Part shown: in pieces, positions 51,146 through 63,400 of the stretch | Layout of the letters: every line of letters begins with the position of its first letter | Numbering within the stretch: the stretch's first letter is position 1 | Assembly: GCA_023920165.1 (NCBI GenBank) | Contig: CP089276.1 | Coordinates: 4,216,001 to 4,280,000 of the forward strand | Source: Curvularia clavata | Taxonomy: Eukaryota | DNA length: 64,000 nucleotides | Reading direction: 5' to 3' | The notes under the pieces: model-generated | The model's input: only the letters and a program-made list of their open reading frames with translations | What the model was told of the DNA's origin: nothing | Databases searched by the model: none | Translations under genes and position numbers: made by a program

Positions 51146-52402
51146 ATGAACCTCCTCGCCGGTTACTCCGACTCGGAATCCGATAGTGAAACGCCCACTG
51201 TGCCCCAGGTCGCTGCTAAGTCTGCGCCGAAGCCTGCTTTCCAAAAAGTCGTCGACCGCTCGAATCCAGGACGAATCAAGGTCAATCTCCCAGGCGCATC
51301 GCAGCCGCAACAAGAAAAAGATGACATCCAGGCAGATGCGCCGCCCGCGAAGAAGCCGCGACTAGGCGGAGGGAACTCGTTTGCTGGTTTCAATGCAATG
51401 CTGCCTGCGCCAAAGAAGCCTAACGCGAGTACCATCGTGGCGGCCGAGAGCGCAAAGTCTGGGAGCAGAGGACTGGGCAGAGGGCTCGCATCAGGCGTGA
51501 GCCTCAAGACTGGTGCTGAGCCTGCCTTCAAGCGGGAACCGAGGGCGGATACCGAAGAGTACGATGAGACCGGGAACCCAATCAAGAAGGAACCTTTGAA
51601 CAAGGACGATTTCAGAGCTATGCTGAACCTACCACCTCCAAAATCACAAAAAAAACCAAATGTTGAACCAGCATCATCAGCGCAAGACACAAAGGTAGTG
51701 CCTGAGCCGCTGCAAGCATCAAAGCCTGCAGCGCCGCGTTTCGTCCCCATGTCTATCGGCAAGGGAAAGAAGAAGAAACCCATAGCAGCCCGTCCCACGC
51801 ATACATCAACAGAGGCAGCCAGTATACCAAGCCAAGCTGTACCTCCCCCACCTCCTGTCGTAGAACCGAAACCACACAAGCCAAAAGTCTCCCTTTTTGG
51901 AGTATCTGGTGATGCTGAGCCTGTATTAAAGAGGCCTTCTGACGCAGAATACCAGCCACTGCTATACGGAGTTGAAAAAGACGAAAACGGAACACCTTCA
52001 AATACAACTATTGACCAGTATCCGATAAACCAGGTCACTCAGTATGCAGCTCTGTCTGCTGGGACTAACGTTTCGAGTGGACTCACAAACATTGCTTCTG
52101 AGCTAAATCTCTCGGAAGCAGAACGCCGCCAACTTTTTGGCAAAAAAGGTCGCAATGGGCCGGACTTTGCAGGCGCTAAGATCGTCGAGTTCAACACCGA
52201 TGAAGAGTATGCCCACAATGAAAGGTTGCGACAGCAGGGCGAAGCGGTGGCACACAACCCACTCAAGTCCATCTCTGGCACCGGCAAGAACAGTCTCCGC
52301 AGCCTAGTCAATGTGGCGACCACACAGAAAGATGCCCTCGAGGATCACTTTGCTGCCAGCCATCGAAATAAACGAGAAGCGGGCAACCGATATGGATGGT
52401 GA
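51146..52402 (+). CDS. PRCC-like proline-rich protein (mitotic checkpoint regulator family)
   Basis: MNLLAGYSDSESD N-terminus, LPAPKK and C-terminal GKNSLRSLV...LEDHFA...NKREAGNRYGW. Confidence 0.85.
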   Translation: MNLLAGYSDSESDSETPTVPQVAAKSAPKPAFQKVVDRSNPGRIKVNLPGASQPQQEKDDIQADAPPAKKPRLGGGNSFAGFNAMLPAPKKPNASTIVAAESAKSGSRGLGRGLASGVSLKTGAEPAFKREPRADTEEYDETGNPIKKEPLNKDDFRAMLNLPPPKSQKKPNVEPASSAQDTKVVPEPLQASKPAAPRFVPMSIGKGKKKKPIAARPTHTSTEAASIPSQAVPPPPPVVEPKPHKPKVSLFGVSGDAEPVLKRPSDAEYQPLLYGVEKDENGTPSNTTIDQYPINQVTQYAALSAGTNVSSGLTNIASELNLSEAERRQLFGKKGRNGPDFAGAKIVEFNTDEEYAHNERLRQQGEAVAHNPLKSISGTGKNSLRSLVNVATTQKDALEDHFAASHRNKREAGNRYGW

Positions 52403-52640
52403 GAGTAACTTCGAGTATTTTATTTCTTTTACAGATCTTGCTATCACACAAAGTGAGCTCAGGTATAAGCGTTTCAAAAAGCAATGTCTGAAAATGCTCA
52501 ACTATATATTTGTCTTTAAATTTGTGGACTTTGGTGGGCTGAGAAGCGGCCCGCCGTTCTTTTTTGTGATGCACATCATGGGCCCATCGCCGCACGCGAG
52601 CCACCATGTAGAACAAGATGAAATGAAACACTTTTTAGTA

Positions 52641-54509
52641 CAGTACTAGCTCAAAAGTCTGTTCCCCTGAGCACGGGCCTAACCCACCATCCCAATTCCC
52701 ATAGAGTAGTCTCTTCTTTAACACCAAACAACTCCATCTAAATAAGATCTTTTTGCACTAAGATTTCGCGTAATCGAATACTAGATAGTAAATTATCAGA
52801 AGCGCAACGCATATATATCTTAGCACAAGTAGAGGCTAGATACAGAATAATAGAAATTACAGCGCGTCTAAGCTGCTCGCGACGCGCAGTATCCAACGTT
52901 ATCTACTAATAGGAAACTAAAGGTATCTACACAAAGCGCAATTAGATAGGCCGTCTATCTAGATTAACTAGTAGAGATTATTATTAGCTACTTTAAGTTA
53001 TTAAATAAAATTCTAGAATTGAATATAGCGCTCTATATCGCGAGGCCAACTTATAGAATAGTAATACTAGCCGCTCTACTATCTCTCGAGCTATAATTCA
53101 ACGAGTACTTACTTAAATAGATTACTATAAATTTAGAGCAAAATACAGACCATTTATTACTAAAATTGTAGCTAAAAAACGTCTACTTTTTACGCAGCGT
53201 TAGCGTAATTTTATATAGAGTAGGCAGACTATTTTAAATTTTTAGATAAGTATAGTATCGCCTGCAGATCTAGCTATAACGCTACTTAGATATAGCAATT
53301 ACTAGAGTAAAAATAGTCTTATAAAATAATAGAAGCTATCTCTACTAGCTAGTAGCCCGCTTGTATAGTATAGGCTGCAATTTAGATAGATTCTAATAGT
53401 ATTATAGGCTATAGCCCTCTAGTAATTATAAAATAAGACTTATTACAGCGTCGAGCTAGATATACGGCATAGAGCTACTTAAAAGCGCTTAAGAAAGGGC
53501 TAATACCAAACTATAGAGCTAGCGAGCTATTTATATAGAATAACGCGCGTATCTACACTACTTAAATCTTGTAATAGTAGTTAAGAATTCATAGAATAGA
53601 AACGATCGACTAGCCACCATATTCTCTAGATCTCAACCCTATTAAGCACCTCTAGTAGACATTTAAAAAGAAACTTTATAAGCTTTATTCCGAGTTTAAC
53701 TATATAAATAATATAAATATTAAATAAGAGCAGTTTAAAAATAGGTTATGCGAGGTATAGTTAGCTATATCTAATTCTTTAATTATAAAGCTAGTTTTAA
53801 GTATACTGCGCCGCCTCGCCGCTATCTATAAAGTAAAAGGATACTAAACAAAATACTAAGATCTTTATGTTACAAGTAACAAAGAAGGATCTCTCCTTGA
53901 CGATGGCCGTAGGTAGGAGACCATTGGGCGACACGTCAGAAGGTAATGATCCCCGCGGAAGGGCGATCACGTGACTGGCCTTAGGCCAAGACCGGGAAAC
54001 CACGCTAATATGTGAGGACACGCTCACACGTGACCAAAGTGACTTTAGGGACTTTAGAGAGCACAGGGGTTATTCTGTGACGATAGTGAGGACAGGACCG
54101 AAAGTAATAGGTATAAGAATGTGTTGGATTTTATTATTACACTCGTTGTGGTCAACTTAGTAAAGTATCTTTCATAGTTACCTTTCATACTCAGATTGAT
54201 ACTAGTTATTCTATCTTCTAATAGAATTGGTTTTGTCTATCTTTTGTTAATCTCTACCACCGAATCGCCAGACAACTACCTCACGGTATACTTCGTAGAA
54301 ACTGGCCTCGCCCTAACCCGGAATCTAGGCTAGGTAAGTATATTCCCAACTAACCAGTAGGACCCCGTGTAACACTTTAGCTATAGTTTAGTTATTTTAA
54401 AATTATTTTTAGACTTAGTTTGGTGGAGTTGCACAGCGTTGAAATTGTAGGAAAAAAGTGGCGATGGTGGCCCGAGCGCTTAGCGGCACAGACTTTTGGA
54501 GTGTGACTG
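52641..54509 (+). mobile_element. RIP-inactivated Tc1/mariner DNA transposon (~1.36 kb excluding the nested LTR)
   Basis: TA at both flanks; imperfect TIRs starting CAGT with shared CAAAAGTCTGT; reverting RIP changes gives QDNARIH (~53536-53558) and DWPPYSPDLNPIEHLW (~53608-53655); TpA-rich with many TAG/TAA stops. Confidence 0.9.
53868..54374. mobile_element. Solo LTR, 507 bp, inserted in the Tc1 element
   Basis: Ends TGTTACA...TGTAACA; 5-bp target duplication CTTTA at 53863-53867 and 54375-54379. Confidence 0.9.
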
Positions 54510-55021
54510 TATAAGCTACTAGGATTCGATAAAGAGTTTTTCTTGAGAGATTCTTGACGCCGCTACAACCGGCTACTTCATGAAACCGGCCAGGAGTCTA
54601 GACGCACGGTGGAACGAGCAAAGAACATTTCAATAGGAAACAAGCTGATGTCAATCAAGATGTACCAGGCTGCTGATTCGGGTGACGATATACTACGGGG
54701 GAGAGCATGATTGGGCAATTTAATGAGGACATACAAGACTAAGTAACTATAAGAAAACCAAGCATAGCGTAGACTTTGTCATCTAATCATAGCTGCGTCT
54801 CTTAAGGGGAAATAAATACTAGGTCAAGAATCGTTAGTATGAAAGATTGGTGGTCGACAACAATAGAGATCTTAGGCTAGGTAGTGGTTTTGTCTTTGCA
54901 TGTGTAGATCAAATACGATTAGAGGTTCTAGCAAAAGGAAATACGCGCTAATAACTTAGATCGCATAATCTGATGCTTTGAAACCACTCGAATTGATTTC
55001 ATGATAGTTCACATAACATTC

Positions 55022-57581
55022 TCAACCCAAGTTTCCTGGACTAGGTGGCACATCACCTCTTTCCCATACTACAGGTTCCTTACCAAGATCAAATTCGATG
55101 GTGCCACCCTCATGGAAAACGTCATCATGGTTGAACCAGTTCTTATCCCACTGAACCCCATTGATCTTCACGCCTTGCACATAGAAGCTATCTTCGGCAA
55201 GCCCATTCGCCGTAATTCGCAAAGTCTTATCTCCACTAACCGTCATGTTGATATCGCTAAACCAAGGCGACTCGAGAAGGTATACTGGCTGTGTCACAAT
55301 TGGGTAGAGACCCAGCATTTGCCAGATCAGCCAAGAATTCAAGGCCCCAGCATCTGAGTTACCAGGCATGCCGTTCGTAGTGTTGCGGAAGCTGAATAGT
55401 CAGTGCACGTACAACTCCTTGGAGGCAGAGTGAGGCTGAAAACATACTATTGTTTGGCCTGTGAGCGTGATTGATTCACTGACTTCCACTGTTTGTTGAG
55501 ATAATTATATAGATAAGGCGTAGCAAAGTCCGGTTCATTGCTAAAAATATCCATTAGCATTGCCTTGAGTTGAAGCTTATGAAGACCTGAGGAGCATTTT
55601 CTTACCCGATGTTCATAATAGTATTGATTCCTGCACCATTTGGCCCAAGATCAGCTTGGCTGGTGTATGGGACAAAAATATAATCAAGGCGCTCCTCAAA
55701 CCCTTGAGGGCCGCCCATCTTCTCTATTAATGTCTTCATGTCGTGAGGGATGGTGAAAGAGTATTCAAAAGGTGTGCCTTCGTAGGTGATTGACGACCAT
55801 GAGCAAGCACCACATTTTGCTGGATTGTAGTCAGTCTGGTTGAATGTGCCATTTCTGTCCTTTGGAGTCAGAAAGCCACTGAAGTCTTTCGAAGTGTTTA
55901 CGCTATGCGTACTCGGATCCCATATCAATTGCCACCCTGCCGATCGCTTCAAATATCTCAACACGTCGCCAGGTTTTTCGCCCTTTGCCACTTGGCTGAG
56001 AGCAAAATCGTTTAGCGAATACTCAACAGTTCGTGATATACTCCTGGGCATAGAAGAGCTGACATATCCGTACTGTAACCAATCTCCGCCTGCACCTCGC
56101 CCCTCTTTGTTACTGCCATTGGTAGGCACTTCGGCATTTTTTACCATAGCCGCATAGCCGTCTGCCCAATTGATTTTGCCACGAAGGCCCTTGACATAAG
56201 CATCTGCGAGCACATTGTCAGAGTTGCTGCCGCCTTGTACTAGACCGTTGTCATTTCCCGAGCGCCCATCGGGCATGTAACCTTGATTCCTCCAAATATC
56301 GATAAGTGAGCGAATTTGGGATTCATATGCATCGGTTTGGATCAAATGGGAAAGGCTTATCGTGTTACGGAAAGTATCCCCTAGTGAACGTGGTTAGTAC
56401 TTGACAAGCAGAGTTGAGATAATGAACCCACATAAGCAATAGAAATCATCCCAGTACGGTTCTTCCGATTGCCAGAGGGGGTTTTCGCCAGTTCGATTAG
56501 ATGGAATGAGATGCATAAGATAGAGCGATGAATATAACAGCGTGAGATGCTCTTGGTTAGTATGATTCCTTGTATCCACGCGAATCGTGCTGAAAACTTT
56601 ACGGTTCCATTCTTCGACTGCTGCATCAACTGTATCCTGGATATTCCAGCTCTTTATCTCTTCATCTTTGAATCTACAAGCTTTTTCTTCCGAAATGAAT
56701 GATATCCCAATCTTGGAACGAATAGTCGTATGGTTCCCTTTCCATGTAAACACTGCTCCAACGCGTGAACCTTGGGGAGTCGTCATATTTTCTGAGGCAA
56801 ATACCGGCCACGGGATAGGCTCTGGGTTCATCGCATTGAAACCAGGGAACTGATTACGGCCAGCGAATGTCTCTGTTTCATCTGAGGCTGTCTCGAACTC
56901 GCCGCAGAAATAGACAGTATATGGCGCCCCCTCATTGAACCCTCCGGCGTAAGTTCCATAGCCTCGATAGCTCTTGCGATCTTGCGAGATCTTGATCTTA
57001 CCATCACGGAACGTTTGAGTGCAATATCCTCCAACAACATTTGGAAGGTAATGCGACACATCGACAAGGATGTGCTTCTTCTCATCTTTTGGGAACTCAT
57101 AATGCAAGATTCCTGCGTGTGCTGTCGCGCTCAGTTCCGTTGTGACACCATTCTCTAGGCTCGTCCGGAAATATCCAACGCTCGCAAAGTCTTGCCCAAC
57201 ACGTTCCTGCCAATATGTGCGATTATCCAAGAGATTGACCGGTGCTTCAATATTTGTGAGAGGCATTTGTGAAATAACGCCGTACTTTGAACATCCTCCT
57301 GTGCCAGACTCATGCATCATCGAGAAGCCCGTGATCAGGCCATTTGGAGTATACCCGCCTTGTAACGCCGCAATGCTTGTGTTCTTGACGTACGTATCCA
57401 TCGTCAATTTGACCACACCGTAAGGCACCGCCGCTCCCACAAAAACTGCACCACCCCCAAAGGTGTAATTTGGTATCGGTCCTTCAGTACCCCAGAATGG
57501 GTTCACATATCTTGAATAGTTGAACTGGCTGGCCGCAAGCGGCGACCAAGCCAATAGCGCAATTGTCAGCTTCCGTATCAT
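55022..57581 (-). CDS. Secreted glycoside hydrolase family 92 (putative alpha-1,2-mannosidase), 4 exons
   Basis: Signal peptide, YVNPFWGT, FSMMHESGTGG, EPYWDDFY/WDTFR, QGGSNSD, SRTVEYSLND, NEPDF and MPGNSDAGALNSW. Confidence 0.92.
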
Positions 57582-57939
57582 AATGTGAGCTTAGAGTGAA
57601 GTTGGGAGTGAAGTTTTCCCTCATTGTGCTCGAAGGGCTTTGTCCGAGACTTGCGGTTAAAGGTACCCTGGTCCATTCCATTTTCGTGCGTTGTTTAACC
57701 AACTTTGAAAATCTTCGGGGAACATTACCGCGAAGGGTAGTGTGCGCGCTTTACCCCACACCACAGATATTTCCCCACGGGCCGAGGATAGCTTTCTGGT
57801 ATTAGAACACTCTCTAAGTAATAATAGTAAGCTGTCGGAAATGCTAAAAAGTAATGCAAAAATATCGATGGGACATAACGATGTAGAGTGGGTGAGGAAC
57901 GTACCTCAACGGGTCGCGGGCCACCTCAAGTCTCTCTGA

Positions 57940-58340
57940 AATTCAAGAATTACAGGGGTCTATGTCTAGAGACATGACTAATAAATGGAATTTTCTAGGA
58001 ATTTAGTATATAGGGTACATTCATATACAGAATCCATATACAGATTTAAATCGCCACAGTTCTAAGGATAGAGCAGTAAACTAGAGATTTCATAACTATA
58101 CACGTGATTTGAGCGTATGTTCTAGTTATAACTAGGTGTAAATCGAGATACATATGATAGAATTGTCTACTGCTTTTATGTAAAACTAACTTGTATCTAT
58201 ATAGAGAGACTATATTGTGCCTTTGATGGCTATAGCTTCTATGATAGACTAACTTGTCTCTCTTAGAGTAGGTGAATATTTTAATTCAAGGATCATATTA
58301 ACTAAACTATTATGTATATGGAATGACCACCTATAGTATC
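57940..58340. repeat. AT/TpA-rich degenerate segment, probable RIP-mutated repeat relic
   Basis: TpA excess and many CTAG/TATA words, no ORFs; no termini recognised. Confidence 0.4.
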
Positions 58341-58570
58341 TCGCGACTCGCCCGACACTAACTCACGGAGTGTACATGATATTCTGTGAAGTCAACTAGG
58401 AAACGCGATGACACTGTGATTTACCGTATCATCCATGTTAGGTAGTTGGTAAACAATTCCGAAAGACCGTTCACACTCTGTGTACCCACACTATGTCAAC
58501 CAAGAGGACGAAAGCAGCTCATTTCAAGTTTCGCTATCTGTGGATGAAACCGTTAGCACACGACCGCAGG

Positions 58571-59314
58571 TTATTTGCCTGTGTGGAACTTACGTCTAGC
58601 CACCTTAATATGGCCATCACTCCGATTGATGATGCACGGAGTACCTGACCAACAAGCCCACTGTGTGATAGGCGGCTTGGATCCGTCTTCTAACTCAAAC
58701 GGGCTCTCCAGGCCATAGTGCCACGTCGTTGAAACTAAGGGATCTGATATGTTACCCGTGTTTGGGAAAGTAACGTTCGCAAATCCTTCCGTACCCTCAA
58801 CAAGGTTCTCCTCGGCCTCTGACAGCAGATAGAGGCCTAGGACACTGTCTAGACCATTTGTAGCGAGTATTGAAATGAACTTTTTCACGAATGCCAGTTC
58901 AAAACGCGGGCTCTCGCTCGCAAAACGCTGCTTGCTCTTTTCGATGGCGTTATCAAAGAAGAACTCGTACGGGCGCAACTTGTTTCCGGAAATCAGCCAT
59001 GAGCGCGGGCGGATGCAGCCTCCATACTTTTCAAATACGGTGCTGGAGTCAAGCGATGCTGCAGGAGAGGGAAGCGTCCAGGCGGTCGAGCAGCCATTGA
59101 CGTCCACGAGCACTTCGTTTGCCTTGAGCTCAAAGTGGCGATGAAGAAGGACTACTCCGTATGTTTTGGCCATCGAAGGATAATTGGCAAAGAGGTCGCG
59201 AATTGAATTGGCGAGAACCTCGGTGCCATTGTCCGCGGTGAGGATATCATTAGCAACTTGAAGACCAGACAACTGGTTGAAGGCATACACATCGTAAGGT
59301 TTATGGATCTCCAT
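58571..59314 (-). CDS. Hypothetical protein with YGVVLLHRHF and LRPYEF motifs
   Basis: Open frame from MEIHKPYD (59314) with globular composition; TATA-like element at ~59362-59369. Confidence 0.7.
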   Translation of the reverse strand: MEIHKPYDVYAFNQLSGLQVANDILTADNGTEVLANSIRDLFANYPSMAKTYGVVLLHRHFELKANEVLVDVNGCSTAWTLPSPAASLDSSTVFEKYGGCIRPRSWLISGNKLRPYEFFFDNAIEKSKQRFASESPRFELAFVKKFISILATNGLDSVLGLYLLSEAEENLVEGTEGFANVTFPNTGNISDPLVSTTWHYGLESPFELEDGSKPPITQWACWSGTPCIINRSDGHIKVARRKFHTGK

Positions 59315-60498
59315 AATGGTGAGACTGATTGACATTAGAGGTAATTTGTCAATCAAAGCTGTATATAAAGAAATTACTCCAGAGGCACGGCTACAATATA
59401 TATGTTGTAAAGGGCTAAAGTTTGGACTAACAGTGCTTGGTCTATAGTTTCTAGTCAGCCACCCAGGCTTCAGCCCTTTACAGCGACAGGGAAGACAAAA
59501 GAGGGGTACATGAACTTCAGCAACAATAGCCAAAAGCGTATTTCCTAACATGCATTTATTCACGTTCGATTTGTGGAGGTAAGGAGAGAGGTGAGGAGAG
59601 CGATGTAGTAAGGTTAACTAATTGGTGGGGAGCATACCCAAACAGTAATGATGTGGCAGACCTGTGTAGTGGGGCTGTTTGAGACTGGTGGGAATTGATA
59701 GACGCGCAGAAGTTCATGCAGTAAGATAAGGTATGTATGTCTAGAAGCGGACGCAGGGCCAACCTAACAAGGCTGCCAAGTCTCAAAACATCTTGGTCAG
59801 GATACCACTGCTTTCACCCTCCAAATGGTCGTAGCTCTCTCGAAAGCCGCTTGGACATAGTTACTATTTTTATACAACCGTATACTGAATAAAGATTCTA
59901 TGCTGAGGAATCTAGTAAATATGCAAGTAAAAGTTATTATAGGAGAAGAGGAAGGTAATGGTATGAAGAGAGCCATGAAAAGGGACTATATGCTCAACTA
60001 TAATAAGTCCTAAAGTTAAACAAAAAAATCTGACGTAAGATACATTTGAAAATGACGTACTGTACAGATAAGCCGGTACTATAACGATCACGTCATGAAG
60101 TCTAGGGTATCTTGTAATGGCAATAGTACACTGCTATTACAAGTAACAGATACAGGATCCTTACCCTAGATACTGACCACGAGTGGTCGCAAACTTGTAT
60201 AGGAATTTTAGTAGATAATATGCTTACTACGAAGTAGGGTTATATAATTTAACCTTCTACTGAAAACTAAGCTTCTACTAAGAACAGAATTTTGATAGAA
60301 TATAAAAATGTAGAGAGTAGGACTGGAAGTAGGAGAAACAAAGATAGAATAGATTTAATTAGTATATCTTTTATAGAGGAGTAGTGTAGTGATTGTTCTG
60401 CCAGCTTCTGTATCTACTTGCCAAGATCTATCTAGCTATAGATAATAAATTTAAATCCTGTAAGGCCCACTTCACACAGTGCAAGTGGACGAGCAGAA

Positions 60499-63400
60499 TG
60501 TTACGAACCTGACAGAGGGGAACAGCGCAAGATATGGAAGGAAAGAAGGATGAAGCCCATGTCGGGACCTCTTTAAAAGAGAACCATATTACCAGCCAAT
60601 AACGTATAAATAATCATACATCCCATATACTTGGCGGAACGCCACTATAAGACATATTATATATGTCCCACAGAATCCCATACAATCCTATAATATTCTA
60701 CGCATAGGACAACGCAAAACACTATAGGATAAAATAGAATATAGAATACTTACTTAGTATAAAGTAGTAGGCATCAAACCCTTATAGCTTAATATATTTA
60801 ACTTAAGTTACAAGTATAAATATAATATATAAGTTACTTATAGAACTGTTTATAATATATGTACTATTACTTTATCTATAAAAACTAACCTAAGAAAATC
60901 TTAACACTAGAAGTCTTATATTACTTCTACTTAAAATTATACTCTTAACACTTTAAATACTTTTATAATAAGTAATATTACTATAAATACTTCTAACGCT
61001 TCTTAGACTAGAGAATCCACTATCTATAGATATAAATCTAACTTATACTATAGAGAATGCAAAAAGTTTAAGACTTAGCTCCTCTAGATCAACTAATACT
61101 TCTATCTTAAAAGAGATAAGATTAATAATACTAATAAGATTATTATAGCTACCTTATACCTTCGCAGCGATACTAAGAAGTAGGCTAACCCTATCATTAA
61201 ACGCTATATAGATAACTCTATCTAGAACGCTAATAATATAGCCCTAGTTAAAGACTAGGACGTCTTTAAAACTAAAATACAATAGAACTTCTCACTATTT
61301 AAGGAATCAGTTATTGTGGAATAAAAGATCTAGAAACTTCGCCAGATATAGTCTACTACTAACTATACTATACTATTTTAGCAGTATACTATAGTTATAG
61401 AATAGGATAATAATACCCTTATACGTATATATAAGTAAGATTTTAAACCTACTATATATAAGGAACTTATACGAAGTGGAGCTAGTATTAGTATACTGGA
61501 AAAACTTATTAAAGAATCTATTCGACTAGACAACGAACTTTACGAACTTTTATTAGAAGAACGACTATTTAATAAAAGAACGCGCAACTAGAGATACACA
61601 AATAAATAGCCTAAAAAGCATAATTATTAATATACTTACTCTAATAAAAGACGCTAACAAAACTATACGTCTAGGACTCTAGGAGCCTATTATAGATACA
61701 GTACGGAACTAATATATCTTAATAATATTAATAAAAATAATAGATACTATAAGTCCTATAAAAAGCTATTTAAAGGTAAGAAGAAATTTAACTATTACGT
61801 CTGTAGTAAGGAAGGCCATATAGCCCGAGATTGTTAAAGTAAAAATACCAATAAAGTTAAATAACAACTTAACGTACTATATAGAAAATTAAAGCTAGAT
61901 AATAATAAAAAATAGAATATTATTATCTTAGCTAAAATCTAATATTACCTAGACGATAAAGAGCTTATCAGCAGGCTTAAGAACGTCACTCTTACTACGT
62001 CTGGGGATACTACTAAAGCTAAATTAAGTAGCGACGAGAGGTATAAAATATCTAGTAAGAAAAAAAAAACTTCTACGTATAAGACTAAATATAAGAAGAT
62101 AGCTAAGTTTAAAAAGAAATACTAACTAGCTACTCCGCGCTATAATAGCGCCTTACCAGAAATCTTATATATAAGAGATAACCTAAAATATATAGAACTA
62201 TAGACTAATATACTATAACAACTCTTAAGTTAACCTTTTTATAGATATAATTATAATAAGTCTAATATACTTCTTTATATATATAAAGATATATAGAATT
62301 TTAGATTAGATATTAACTTCTTTTCTATTATAACTAATTAGAAACTACCAGACTACACGCATATTATGGCCAATATCTAACGACTACAAGAAAATACAGA
62401 GTTCCCTAAGGATAAGAAGACACCCTAGAAGAAAAACTCCACAACGATACCTTAATGGGCCAAGAAGGTATAAGCCAACTAGACATGTAATAATTAGTAC
62501 TAACTTAGTCTTTATTAGTACTACGCTAATAACTATAAGTATGCGTGGATCTACTAGATAGGTTGCATCTATAACTTCTATCTAACGTATTAGTAAGTAA
62601 AATAAAGATCTAGCTAGAATCTAACTAACGCTTCTAGATATTCTAAATGTAACTAGTTATAGTTAGAATATACTAATATAGGATATATAAAGTATCTATA
62701 AGATAAGCGCATAGCCATACACTTTCTAGAAAGAGACAGCTCTAGAAAAGTAGTAGATATATAGACTACTTATATTACTTGAAGTAAGAATAACGTATAA
62801 TAAGTATATAAATAACTCTTATAGTATATCTATCTTTTAGATAAATATAAGAAATATAAAGTAGAGAAACTCTATAACAGATTTATAAAGGAATTATAGA
62901 CTTTTTTAAGCTAGCGCTATAAAGGCTAAGTACCTCTAGAGAAATCAACTTAGTAAACTTCCTAGGATTGATTAAGTTTATAGTGAAGCTTAATAGAATA
63001 TAGATATAGACATTAGTAGACTTAGAATTATAGACAAACTATATTTTAGCGCACGCCATATAACGAGCTAGACTTAAAATATAGTAGAAATAAGAGCTAT
63101 GTCTACTATATATCGCTAGCAGCGAATCTATATCTAAAGAAAATAATATTATAGAAGAGGTTAGATAAGTAATACTTAGTATTTAAAAGTATAAGAAGAA
63201 AGTAGATCTAGACATCCTTAGACTAGCTATCTATAATATTATTTTAGAACTCCTATAGCTACGAGAATATAACCCGCAGATTAACTAGAAGTCGAAAGTG
63301 TTCAAATTCAAATGCTACGGACTAGGCGCAACTGTAAGCTAGCCTACGCATTAGTAGAGTTCAATAGTAGATAAGAATAATATTACTAAATAGTATAATA

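Noticed and set aside
51163..52038. 291-aa antisense ORF
   Set aside because: Mirror of the PRCC-like gene; no independent motifs
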